Shown: positions 55,124 to 64,000 of the stretch, one piece after another | Layout: the number at the start of each line of letters is the position of its first letter | Position numbering within the stretch: the first letter of the stretch is position 1 | NCBI GenBank assembly: GCA_949358305.1 | Contig: OX442314.1 | Coordinates: 5,828,001-5,892,000, forward strand | DNA: 64,000 nucleotides | Direction: 5' to 3' | Source: Strigamia acuminata | Lineage: Eukaryota | The notes under the pieces: generated by a model | Databases searched by the model: none | Seen by the model: the letters and a program-made list of their open reading frames with translations, nothing else | What the model was told of the DNA's origin: nothing | Made by a program: the position numbers and the translations under genes

Positions 55124-56701
55124 AGCTGGTCAGCATGACGATTCCAAATGACGGAGTTCCCAACGGTGACGTCGTACGTAGTTGACGATGTTTTCGATGC
55201 AATAACACCGGGGACCCATCGGGACGCGTGCAGGTAGTCGCGCGCAAACACCAATTCCCCAGGCTCGAAGGTACGGCGCGTTTCCACTGTTGTTGGTTCC
55301 GGCATTAAGCGCGGGTTTAGCAAATGTAACCGAGTTCGTAATGTCCGTTGAAGAAAAGCTTCCGACGGTGTAACTCGAGTAGAAACGTGCGGTGTCGAGC
55401 GATAGGCGATCAAAAATTGATTTACGGCTTCTGTAATGTTCAAATTTAGATTTAGGAATTTTCCAACTTGGGTTTTGAAGGTTTTAACGAAGCCTTCCAC
55501 AGCTCCGTTGGTGGCTGGATGGAAAGGCGGGGAGCGCGTATGGCGAATGCCATTACGCGACAAGAAGTCGACAAATTCCGCCGAGGTGAACTGCGGCCCG
55601 TTGTCCGAGTGAATGTGTATCGGCAAGCCGTGGCGCTTAAACCAACACTTCAGGACATCAATCGTCGCTTTCGAGGTAGTAGTGGGCATCAGTCTGGCTT
55701 CGCACCACTTGGTCCTGGCATCTACGGCCAAAAGAAACGTTTTGCCGTGGAATGGACCGGCAAAATCGAGGTGAACGCGGCCCCAAATCTCGTCTGGAAT
55801 GGGCCATCGCAAATCGGACGTCTTGGGCGGATCCGGTAGTGCGCGCTGGCAAACGTCGCACGAGCGCACCATCAACTCGGCATCACGATCGATGGACGGC
55901 CACCAAACCGTCGCACGGGCGAGCGACTTGGTGCGGACGATTCCGAAATGTCCCGCGTGCAGTTCCGTTAAAACTGCACGGCGAAGTTGCTCCGGAACGA
56001 CCAAACGCTCGGCCAGGAACAGGAATGGACCGTGGGTGGAGAAGGCGTTCCTATGCTTGTAAAAATTTATTAATTCGGGTGTCCTCGATTTCCATCCGTC
56101 TCGAATGCACTGCAGAACTGCTTGCAATTGGGCGTCTGCGTCGTAGGCTGCACGCAAAGCTGACTGCGATACGGGAAACTGTGAAAGGGAAACAGAAAAT
56201 ATTTCGTTAACATGCATGTCGAGGTCTTCACGACCATCGACCACTGGTTGGGGATTGCGTGACAGTCCATCTGCGATTTCATTGTCGGCAGCTGGCACAT
56301 GCTCGATCGCATAATCGTATGCACTTAAAAATATCGCCCACCGGTGCAGGCGAGCTGCAACGATCTGGTTGCATCCCTTCTTTTCTCCGAAAATGGCCAC
56401 CAGCGGCTTATGGTCAGTTCGCAAAATAAATTTTCTTCCAAACAGGTGGTGATGGAATCGGCGAACGCCATAAACGATCGCAAGACCTTCGCGGTCAATT
56501 TGCGCATAATTTTTCTGCGCGCTGGACAAGAGGGAACTGGCAAAGGCGATTGGGCGATGGATTCCTTTTTCTACGTGGGAAATAAAGGCGCCAACACCGA
56601 CCGGCGAGGCATCAACGGTCAAGTATAGCTGTTTCTTGGCGTTGTAGTGTGCGAGCGCTGAATCAACGGTCACTGCGGCTTTAACCTTCGTCCAGGCCTT
56701 C
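55124..56701 (-). pseudogene. pol: Gypsy-D RNaseH-integrase fragment
   Basis: VDASPVG, TDHKPL, HAGHFG..C..C, LDFAGP, SDNGPQF, HPATNG, RHADQL. Confidence 0.92.
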
Positions 56702-58259
56702 TGTTAGAAAAATGCCCAACTGTTTGATCTTATCGGTTGCATGTTTCCGGTTAAATGCAACGTGTGTGTCATTGCAATTCTGTATCCGTGTTACATTGGT
56801 TGATATTGACTTTTAAACCCTTGTTCCTGTGCTAAGTGCCCCAACCAATGTGCTTATTAGCAATGACATGCCCATATGTCGTCTGCTCTAATATGAGCGC
56901 TTATCTTTTAGTTTCTCATGGCCCTTGTTTACATTATCGATTGTTTATGCCGAGTTTACTTTACTTTTGTTATGTAAAGAATGAATCCTTGTCTGCTAAC
57001 AATGATTCATTCTACTTCAAGTTTTGTAGCCTCGAAAGAGGTGCGCTTTTTTGCTTTTGCCTTATCATCTCGATGAATAAAGATGGCGGTCGCACGATGC
57101 GAGTTCCCGCACCTGTTAATTCGAGTCTCAGCTCTTTTCCTTTGATGTCCGGCGCCTACAAGCCTATCATATGGTAGCAGAGGATGGTTGACGACGCGGC
57201 CAACCGTTTGTGATACGTTTGCGGCAAGTTTCGGGACGAAACGGACATCGTGGATTCGTCGGTATCGTCGCAAAGACGTATCAGCGGATTCGAGGAGTTT
57301 GTGAAGCTGACAACGTGTGCGGACGTTTGCGGAAGCATTTCTGGACCGGACAGTGTAAGAATTGTCGAAATTCTGTGCGAAATAAGCACATTGCCCGATA
57401 TAAAGAGGATTTTCTTCTGCGGGCGCCATTTTGTTTGGGTTTTCATCGCGAGAAGCCAACCGAGAATCGTGTATACGGACCTGTACACGTTCTCATCGTG
57501 ATTCGACGAGAGAATACGTCGAATCGACGTCGTTTTTGGATCGTTTTGGATCGATTCGCCGTGGGAAACGACGGAAGCCATCGTCCGAAGCGAATTCTTC
57601 GACGGCGGCCATTTTCGTCAAAGTAGGCGAAAAACGACGTGTTTTTTTTCAATTTGAGCAGAGAAGTCCTGTTAGCGGGTTAAACATACGCGCAGGCATT
57701 CGACCAGAAGACCAGTTAGCGGGTTAAACGTACGCGCTGGCATTTTCCCGAGGTTTTGTGCACGGAGCACATCCTACGCAGGTGCGGACGAGCACGTTGA
57801 GTCGACGTGCATCGATTTCACGACGTGGGATCAACGAGGGAATTTTTGCGACGCAAACTAACCCGCAAAACAACGGATTTTCACCTTGCCAACTATTATT
57901 TAGTTTTTAAGTTGTCGAAATTCCTTGTTAATAAGCTTAAGGTTTTGTTTGGGGGTCTTGTAGTATCCTTTCCACCCTTTACGCAGTCGCGTAGTGGAAT
58001 TGTATTTTTGCGTAGGCTTTCTCTGGCCACCGAGTGTCCCGCGGTCCTAGGAGTCCGGTCGGAACTCGGGAGATACTACGTAAAGTTTTTCGTCTCACTT
58101 AATGAGATTTGTCCAAGGGAGACTGTATAATTTTCGCCTAAACCTTTTGGGGGTTTACGCCATTTGTAAAAGCGTAAAAGGTGTGTTTTGTGCTTCATTT
58201 GGTGTGTGCGACGATTTATTTTGTGAAAAAGTGCAATCTTCGCGACGAATCGACCAATT

Positions 58260-61200
58260 ATGGCGTCGGAGGACAAATACGACGATTATAAGTCGATTAA
58301 AAAATTAAATGGGACGAATTATGCCCAATGGGCGATTGGTGCGAAACTGCTGTTATCCCAGCAAGGCGTGTGGGATCACGTGACGGGCGACGAGACTGCG
58401 CCGGGTCCCAACGCCACAGCCAAAGAAAAACGGGATTTCAGAGTGCGTGAGAAGCGGGCGTGGTCCACGATATGCCTGAGTTGCGAAGACTCGCAACAGC
58501 TCGTGGCCGTTGCCAAGGACACTTCCAAAGGAGCGTGGGAAGCAATCCGAGATGCTTACCAGCCCACCACACGCGCCCGGAAGGGCAGATTGAGGCGCGA
58601 GTTCTTGCAAATGCATCTAATGGATAATGAGGAGATGATGTGTTTTCTGGCCCGTGTCGACCGAAAAGTCGCAGAACTCGCGAACGTCAAAGTTATTCCG
58701 ACGGATGAGGAAATCGCATTCCAATATATGGATTTCCTCCCCACAACTTATGAGACTATAAAACAAATAATGTATCACTGGGATGATTTGGACTTCACCA
58801 CTGCAAAAGTGAAAGACCGTTTATTAGGAGAGTACAATCGGTTGTTTGAAGCTTCAGACTCCTATGGTATGCGTACACAGGATTCCACTGAAAATGCGGG
58901 CGCATTCTTTGGAAAAGGGCGATTCCAACGCGGAAAAGGCGGAAATCAGCCATTTACACCTCGAACTTGTTTTTCCTGTGGCGGCACTGGTCACTTCGCG
59001 AGAGAGTGCCCGTCACCGCCCAAACAACAAGCGAATATGCAAAGCCAGCGAGGTGGCACCTCTGCACAGCTAGCAAAAGGCACTGCACGAGGACGTGGCC
59101 GTGGTGGAAAGACCAAACAGGCCAATTTGGGACAAGTTGACATCTTTGATGAGCCATTGACAATGTTTTCGGCGGCAGTTCATCAAACTGCAGAGGAAGT
59201 CACCTTGTCGCCACCATTGTCTTTAATGTCGCATTGCGACTTTGATCCGCACTGGTACATAGATACCGGTGCAACAGATCATTTTTCATTTAATAGAAGT
59301 TGGTTCGTGACCTTCAAGCCGCTGTCCGGCTATAGTGTCCAGCAGGGGGAAGGGAAGTCTAAAATTGAGGGCATTGGAAACGTGTTGATCACATCTTGTT
59401 ATGAAGGCAGATGTAGAGAAATCACACTGCAAAATGTTTATTTTGCGCCAAATTTTAAGAAAAACCTCTTATCGCTGGGCCGGACAGATGAAGCTGGTTT
59501 TACAACTTTTATCAAAAATGGAAAGTTGACCATGTTTAAAGACCGAGTTAGTGAGCCTTTTCTTGTGGCAGATAGAACAAATGATCGGATGTACAAAGTT
59601 AACTGCAAACTAGAGGCTAATATTGTGAACACAACTGCACCTTCTGCGCAACAGAGTGCAGCGGTGGGTGGAAATTCGGTCAAAAATGTTGTAAAAAGTG
59701 AAAGTGGCATTAATCCTTTACTAAAAACAGTAGATTTTAAGGCAGCATTACTAAACACATTGAGTGGCGCAGTGCAGACGGCAGCGAAGCAGCAAGTGAG
59801 CGTAAATGCGCTAGTAAATGCGTCAAATCTTAAGAAAAGCGATTTAAACGATACTAACGGGCAAAATGTCTCGAATGGGGGAAAGATCGAAAAGATCAAA
59901 GTGAAACCACAGCCAATGGATATTTGGCACTCCAGAATGGGCCATTTTAATGCAAGTGGGATTGCAAAAATGGAAGTTTCACCTGACATTTTCGGAGTTA
60001 AACTCTCCGACAAAGAACTTTCGCCTTGCGACGCGTGTTCGAAGGCAAAGAGCACTAGGGCAACGTTTTCCCCAATCCCAGAAATTTCTACAAAGGGAAT
60101 TTTGGAAGTAATCCACATGGATCTGTGGGGCCCTCAGCCTTTTAAATCACTGGGTGGGGCCAGTTATTACTTAATAATTGTGGACGACTATTCACGTTTC
60201 ATGTGGGTGGAAATTATTAAAAATAAGGGGGATGTATTTGAGCGTTTCAAACGATGGCAAACACAGGTTGAGCGCAGCACCGGGAAAAAGGTCAAATGCA
60301 TCAAGACAGACAACGGCGGGGAGTTTGTGTCAAAAAAGTGGGATGACTATGCGGCTTCTATTGGGCTTAAGTGCATCCAAACAAACCCCTACTCCCCAGA
60401 AATGAATTCTGTGGCCGAAAGAGCAAACAGAACAATTGTTGGGGGAATTAGAGCCATGCTCTTCGAAAACAATTTTCCAAAGGGTTTGTGGGCAGAATTG
60501 GCCGTGACAGTTGTCTATCTTAAAAATAGATTCCCGCATGCAAGCTTAAGTGGGAAAACCCCTTATAACTTGTTTTATAACAAGAAAATGTCGTTGAGAC
60601 ACTTAAGATGTATCGGCTCCAAAGTTTTCGTGCACATTCCTTCGCAAACAAGGAGAAGCAAGTTGGAAGAAAGGGCGTGGCCTGGGGCCCTAGTCGGTTA
60701 CGCGATCAAAACGCGGGGGTATCGAGTTTGGGACCCCAAATCCAACCAAGTGATTGCTTCAAAACACGTGAAGATTGATGAGAATGTTTTTTGGCACGAG
60801 TCGGTGCAACTGAATGAAATTCCATCCGAACCTAATTATATGGGAAATTTGAATTATGAAGATTCAGATGAGGAAGAAATTCCAGTGGCTCCTGCTCAGC
60901 AACAGGTTCCCCCTATCATACAGCAATTGTTTCAGGCCCCGAAACATGCGATTCCCAATCCCCAATTAGTTCAACAGGCGGTCGAGCCTGAAATTGTGGA
61001 AGAAGTCGCTCAAGCTGCTGGTGGGATTGAAGGAGAGGAGGAACAACAGGTGGATGTTCGGCCTCCAAACCCGACTCTCACACCTCCACCAGTTAGGAGG
61101 AATCCGCCACGCGGTGCTAAGTTAAAGGGGGATATAATAAGAAAACGTATGACCGCTCCTGAGGAATTAAAAATTTTGGATATGACACAATGGCAACGGA

Positions 61201-62936
61201 GAGAAACCGTTAGACAAAGTGGTGAAACTGCTGGGCAGGTAGATGTGATCTACATAACACCACTCGACGATAGAATCCGCAGTCGGATTGACGTTGTACG
61301 ATGGTGCAAGGAAGAGAACTATCAGTACGATGGGGGTTGTTTCGACTTCAAGCCAACAGATGAGACCATTGGGTTCGCCGGTCATGCATCCGTTGAACCG
61401 GACACTTTTGAAGAAGCTATGTCCAATCCCAATAAATCCGACTGGCAGGATGCCATGGATGATGAAATTAATATCTTTAATGACAGAAAAGTTTACGAGG
61501 AAGTTGATAAAACCGAGGAGATGAATTTACTGGGAACAAAATGGATTTATAAAATCAAGCGTGACTACACTGGGGCAATTAAACGCTGGAGAGCACGTTT
61601 AGTTGCGCAAGGTTTTGGGCAGAAAGAAGGAGTTGACTTCACTGAGATATTTTCACCAGTGGTCAACTTTGTTCTCGTACTGATATTCTTTTGTTCTCTT
61701 GTGGTTCTGCAAGGCTGGCGAGATACACATCTCGACATCAAGTCTGCGTACTTATACGGAGACCTTGACGTGCCACAATACATCAATATCCCGAAGGGCT
61801 TCCGGACCAAAGAGAACCAACACAAATGTTGGCGATTGGTCAAATCCTTGTACGGACTTCATCAGTCCGGAAGGATGTGGTATTTCAAGCTCCACGAACG
61901 ATTATTGGAAATAGGATTCACTCCAGTCTTAGGGTTGAATTGCGTATATAATTACGGCTCAGATGCCGTCCTTTTGTTTTACGTGGACGACATTGTTTTG
62001 TTTAGTCGTGATGCTTTCGTTGAACAATGTATCATCGAGTGGATTCAAGAAAGCTTTGAAATCGTCAACCTTGGACCGGTGACTCTTTTATTAGGGATTC
62101 ACTTTGAAAGGAAAAATGGGGACATTTTAGTACATCAAAAGAGTTATATTGCGAAATTAGTCGAGAAATACGACATTGACCCGTGCCATAAAATTAAAAT
62201 CCCAGTCACAGTCGGTACCATGATACAGAAGGTACAACCGGGCGAACAAATAAACTCGACGTTCCCATACAGGTCCCTAGTAGGGAGTTTACTTTTTATC
62301 GCGAATAGAACGCGTCCAGATATTCTCTTCAGCGTTATTGTATTATCTCAATACAATGAGACCCATTCTAACAGGCATGTTAAAATGCTAATACAAGTGT
62401 TGAGATATCTGGCGAATACCCCCAATTATGTTATCAACTTAGCTAATTGTAAAAACAACAATTTAACGGTTTACACCGACGCGTCCTTTGCTTTGGACCA
62501 AGACAGTAGGAGAAGCTTTGGTGGTCACATAGTTTATTTGGGAGGGGTTCCGATTTCATGGAATTGTCGAAAACAATCCATGACTTCACTGAGTATAATG
62601 GAAAGCGAGTTTCTCGCAGTTGTCGATGGCGTGAGAGAAGTGATATGGCTTGAACGCTTGTACGAAGCTGATATCATCTTATGTTTCAACCGAAATGTCC
62701 CTTGCGTCTATGCCGATAGCATGCCGGCAATCAACTATGCGAAAAACAAGATCGAGAACCGTGCAAATAAACATATAGATGTTAAATTGCACTTTCTTCG
62801 TGATTGGTATGAAAAAGGCGTGTTTAGTATTAAACATGTGCCTGGCGAATTGAACATCGCGGATTTGATGACAAAGTGGTTGCCGCGCCCCAGATTATGT
62901 CAGCTCTGTGAGCATATTTTTGTTGTAGTCAAATAG
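58260..62936 (+). CDS. gag-pol: Copia-3 polyprotein gag-PR-IN-MBD-RT-RH, 1558 aa, open
   Basis: CFSCGGTGHFAREC, WYIDTGATDH, WHSRMGH, KTDNGGEF, MBD, WRARLVAQG, YVDD, YTDAS. Confidence 0.96.
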   Translation: MASEDKYDDYKSIKKLNGTNYAQWAIGAKLLLSQQGVWDHVTGDETAPGPNATAKEKRDFRVREKRAWSTICLSCEDSQQLVAVAKDTSKGAWEAIRDAYQPTTRARKGRLRREFLQMHLMDNEEMMCFLARVDRKVAELANVKVIPTDEEIAFQYMDFLPTTYETIKQIMYHWDDLDFTTAKVKDRLLGEYNRLFEASDSYGMRTQDSTENAGAFFGKGRFQRGKGGNQPFTPRTCFSCGGTGHFARECPSPPKQQANMQSQRGGTSAQLAKGTARGRGRGGKTKQANLGQVDIFDEPLTMFSAAVHQTAEEVTLSPPLSLMSHCDFDPHWYIDTGATDHFSFNRSWFVTFKPLSGYSVQQGEGKSKIEGIGNVLITSCYEGRCREITLQNVYFAPNFKKNLLSLGRTDEAGFTTFIKNGKLTMFKDRVSEPFLVADRTNDRMYKVNCKLEANIVNTTAPSAQQSAAVGGNSVKNVVKSESGINPLLKTVDFKAALLNTLSGAVQTAAKQQVSVNALVNASNLKKSDLNDTNGQNVSNGGKIEKIKVKPQPMDIWHSRMGHFNASGIAKMEVSPDIFGVKLSDKELSPCDACSKAKSTRATFSPIPEISTKGILEVIHMDLWGPQPFKSLGGASYYLIIVDDYSRFMWVEIIKNKGDVFERFKRWQTQVERSTGKKVKCIKTDNGGEFVSKKWDDYAASIGLKCIQTNPYSPEMNSVAERANRTIVGGIRAMLFENNFPKGLWAELAVTVVYLKNRFPHASLSGKTPYNLFYNKKMSLRHLRCIGSKVFVHIPSQTRRSKLEERAWPGALVGYAIKTRGYRVWDPKSNQVIASKHVKIDENVFWHESVQLNEIPSEPNYMGNLNYEDSDEEEIPVAPAQQQVPPIIQQLFQAPKHAIPNPQLVQQAVEPEIVEEVAQAAGGIEGEEEQQVDVRPPNPTLTPPPVRRNPPRGAKLKGDIIRKRMTAPEELKILDMTQWQRRETVRQSGETAGQVDVIYITPLDDRIRSRIDVVRWCKEENYQYDGGCFDFKPTDETIGFAGHASVEPDTFEEAMSNPNKSDWQDAMDDEINIFNDRKVYEEVDKTEEMNLLGTKWIYKIKRDYTGAIKRWRARLVAQGFGQKEGVDFTEIFSPVVNFVLVLIFFCSLVVLQGWRDTHLDIKSAYLYGDLDVPQYINIPKGFRTKENQHKCWRLVKSLYGLHQSGRMWYFKLHERLLEIGFTPVLGLNCVYNYGSDAVLLFYVDDIVLFSRDAFVEQCIIEWIQESFEIVNLGPVTLLLGIHFERKNGDILVHQKSYIAKLVEKYDIDPCHKIKIPVTVGTMIQKVQPGEQINSTFPYRSLVGSLLFIANRTRPDILFSVIVLSQYNETHSNRHVKMLIQVLRYLANTPNYVINLANCKNNNLTVYTDASFALDQDSRRSFGGHIVYLGGVPISWNCRKQSMTSLSIMESEFLAVVDGVREVIWLERLYEADIILCFNRNVPCVYADSMPAINYAKNKIENRANKHIDVKLHFLRDWYEKGVFSIKHVPGELNIADLMTKWLPRPRLCQLCEHIFVVVK
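61191..61349 (+). other. MBD in Copia-3
   Basis: WQRRETVRQSGETAGQVDVIYITPLDDRIRSRIDVVRWC...CFDFK. Confidence 0.88.
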
Positions 62937-63426
62937 TTGCGCAAAGGGGGATTTGTTAGAAAAATGCCCAACTGTTTGATCTTATCGGTTGCATGTTTCC
63001 GGTTAAATGCAACGTGTGTGTCATTGCAATTCTGTATCCGTGTTACATTGGTTGATATTGACTTTTAAACCCTTGTTCCTGTGCTAAGTGCCCCAACCAA
63101 TGTGCTTATTAGCAATGACATGCCCATATGTCGTCTGCTCTAATATGAGCGCTTATCTTTTAGTTTCTCATGGCCCTTGTTTACATTATCGATTGTTTAT
63201 GCCGAGTTTACTTTACTTTTGTTATGTAAAGAATGAATCCTTGTCTGCTAACAATGATTCATTCTACTTCAAGTTTTGTAGCCTCGAAAGAGGTGCGCTT
63301 TTTTGCTTTTGCCTTATCATCTCGATGAATAAAGATGGCGGTCGCACGATGCGAGTTCCCGCACCTGTTAATTCGAGTCTCAGCTCTTTTCCTTTGATGT
63401 CCGGCGCCTACAAGCCTATCACCTTC

Positions 63427-64000
63427 TGCTGTTCCAGTCCCCACATCCACGGAGTGTCGTCGCGCGTCAAACGGTAAAGTGGTTCTAGTAATGTAGATAA
63501 ATTGTTAATAAATCTTCCGTAATAATTTACGAGCCCCAGAAACGATTTCAATGATAACACATCGTTGGGCTGCATGGCGTTGCGAAGTGGAGCCAGCTTT
63601 GAGTCGATGGGCGTGATTCCTTGCTTGGAAATGTTCAGCCCTAAAAATTGCACGCACAAACGCAAAAACTTGCACTTTTTTCTATTCAAAGTTAAATTCG
63701 CCTTATTAAATGCACCCAGGAGCTGGTCCAAGTTGCACAAGTGAGCTGCATTTGTGGCACCGGTCACGGCCGAATCATCAATGAAGGGCTGCGTGCTCTC
63801 GACTTTGGCGGTTAATTTATCCATCTCGCGTTGAAAAATGGCTGGCGCGCTGGAAATTCCATAGAAGAGCCGGTTCACTGTAAATAGACCCAAGTGGGTA
63901 TTAATTGTACACACTTCTTTGCTCTCCTGATCTAATTCGAGCTGATTGTAGGCGGAATTCATATCCAAAATGGAATATGTCTCACCGCCTGACAACTTTG
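63427..64000 (-). pseudogene. pol: Gypsy-D reverse transcriptase fragment (runs off window)
   Basis: LDMNSAYNQ, NRLFYGISSAPAIFQ, FIDD, KSFLGLVNYY. Joins 56701 in frame (EQQKAWTKVK) once Copia-3 is removed. Confidence 0.92.

Larger units (their letters stand above)
56702..63421 (+). mobile_element. Copia-3: Ty1/Copia element with MBD domain, apparently intact
   Basis: 468-bp LTRs 56702-57169 and 62954-63421, no difference seen. TSD CCTTC. 18-nt tRNA-iMet PBS TGGTAGCAGAGGATGGTT 57172-57189. PPT AAAGGGGGA. Confidence 0.97.
47964..64000 (-). mobile_element. Gypsy-D: Mag-like Ty3/Gypsy element (5' part outside window), host of Copia-2 and Copia-3
   Basis: Pol pieces 64000-63427 (RT, FIDD), 56701-55124 (RH-IN) and 48490-48220 (IN tail RHPQRIRNP). 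Putative 3' LTR 47964-48119 next to PPT ATGGGGAATGA; the LTR limits are unconfirmed because only one copy is visible. Confidence 0.85.

Overview
Eukaryotic (invertebrate, most likely arthropod) genomic DNA. A small DEG/ENaC (pickpocket/ASIC-like) ion-channel locus is buried under nested transposons, whose ends can mostly be mapped to the base by LTR pairs and target-site duplications (TSDs). Host layer: a + strand channel copy (3' exons at 1-13676, broken by an exonic insertion), a decayed terminal-exon duplicate (~13945-14450) and a - strand copy (27912-46546). The - strand copy encodes TWO DEG/ENaC subunit modules joined in one reading frame. Mobile layer: four Ty3/Gypsy elements (A 201-13119, B 14941-26338, C 30619-44785, D ~47964 to beyond 64000), three Ty1/Copia elements (3889-10711, 48491-55123, 56702-63421), a 1.75-kb solo LTR, a 1-kb fold-back element carrying tRNA-like Pol III boxes, and two MITEs. 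Main points: (1) all three Copia elements carry a methyl-CpG-binding domain (MBD) between integrase and RT, and all sit antisense inside CpG-rich Mag-like Gypsy coding sequence; (2) the natural two-module DEG/ENaC concatemer; (3) Gypsy B and C each carry a large non-env third ORF behind a splice acceptor, and the two ORFs look unrelated; (4) structured-RNA repeats and CTCF-like motifs in LTRs. All calls come from reading the sequence by eye; no database search or folding computation was run.
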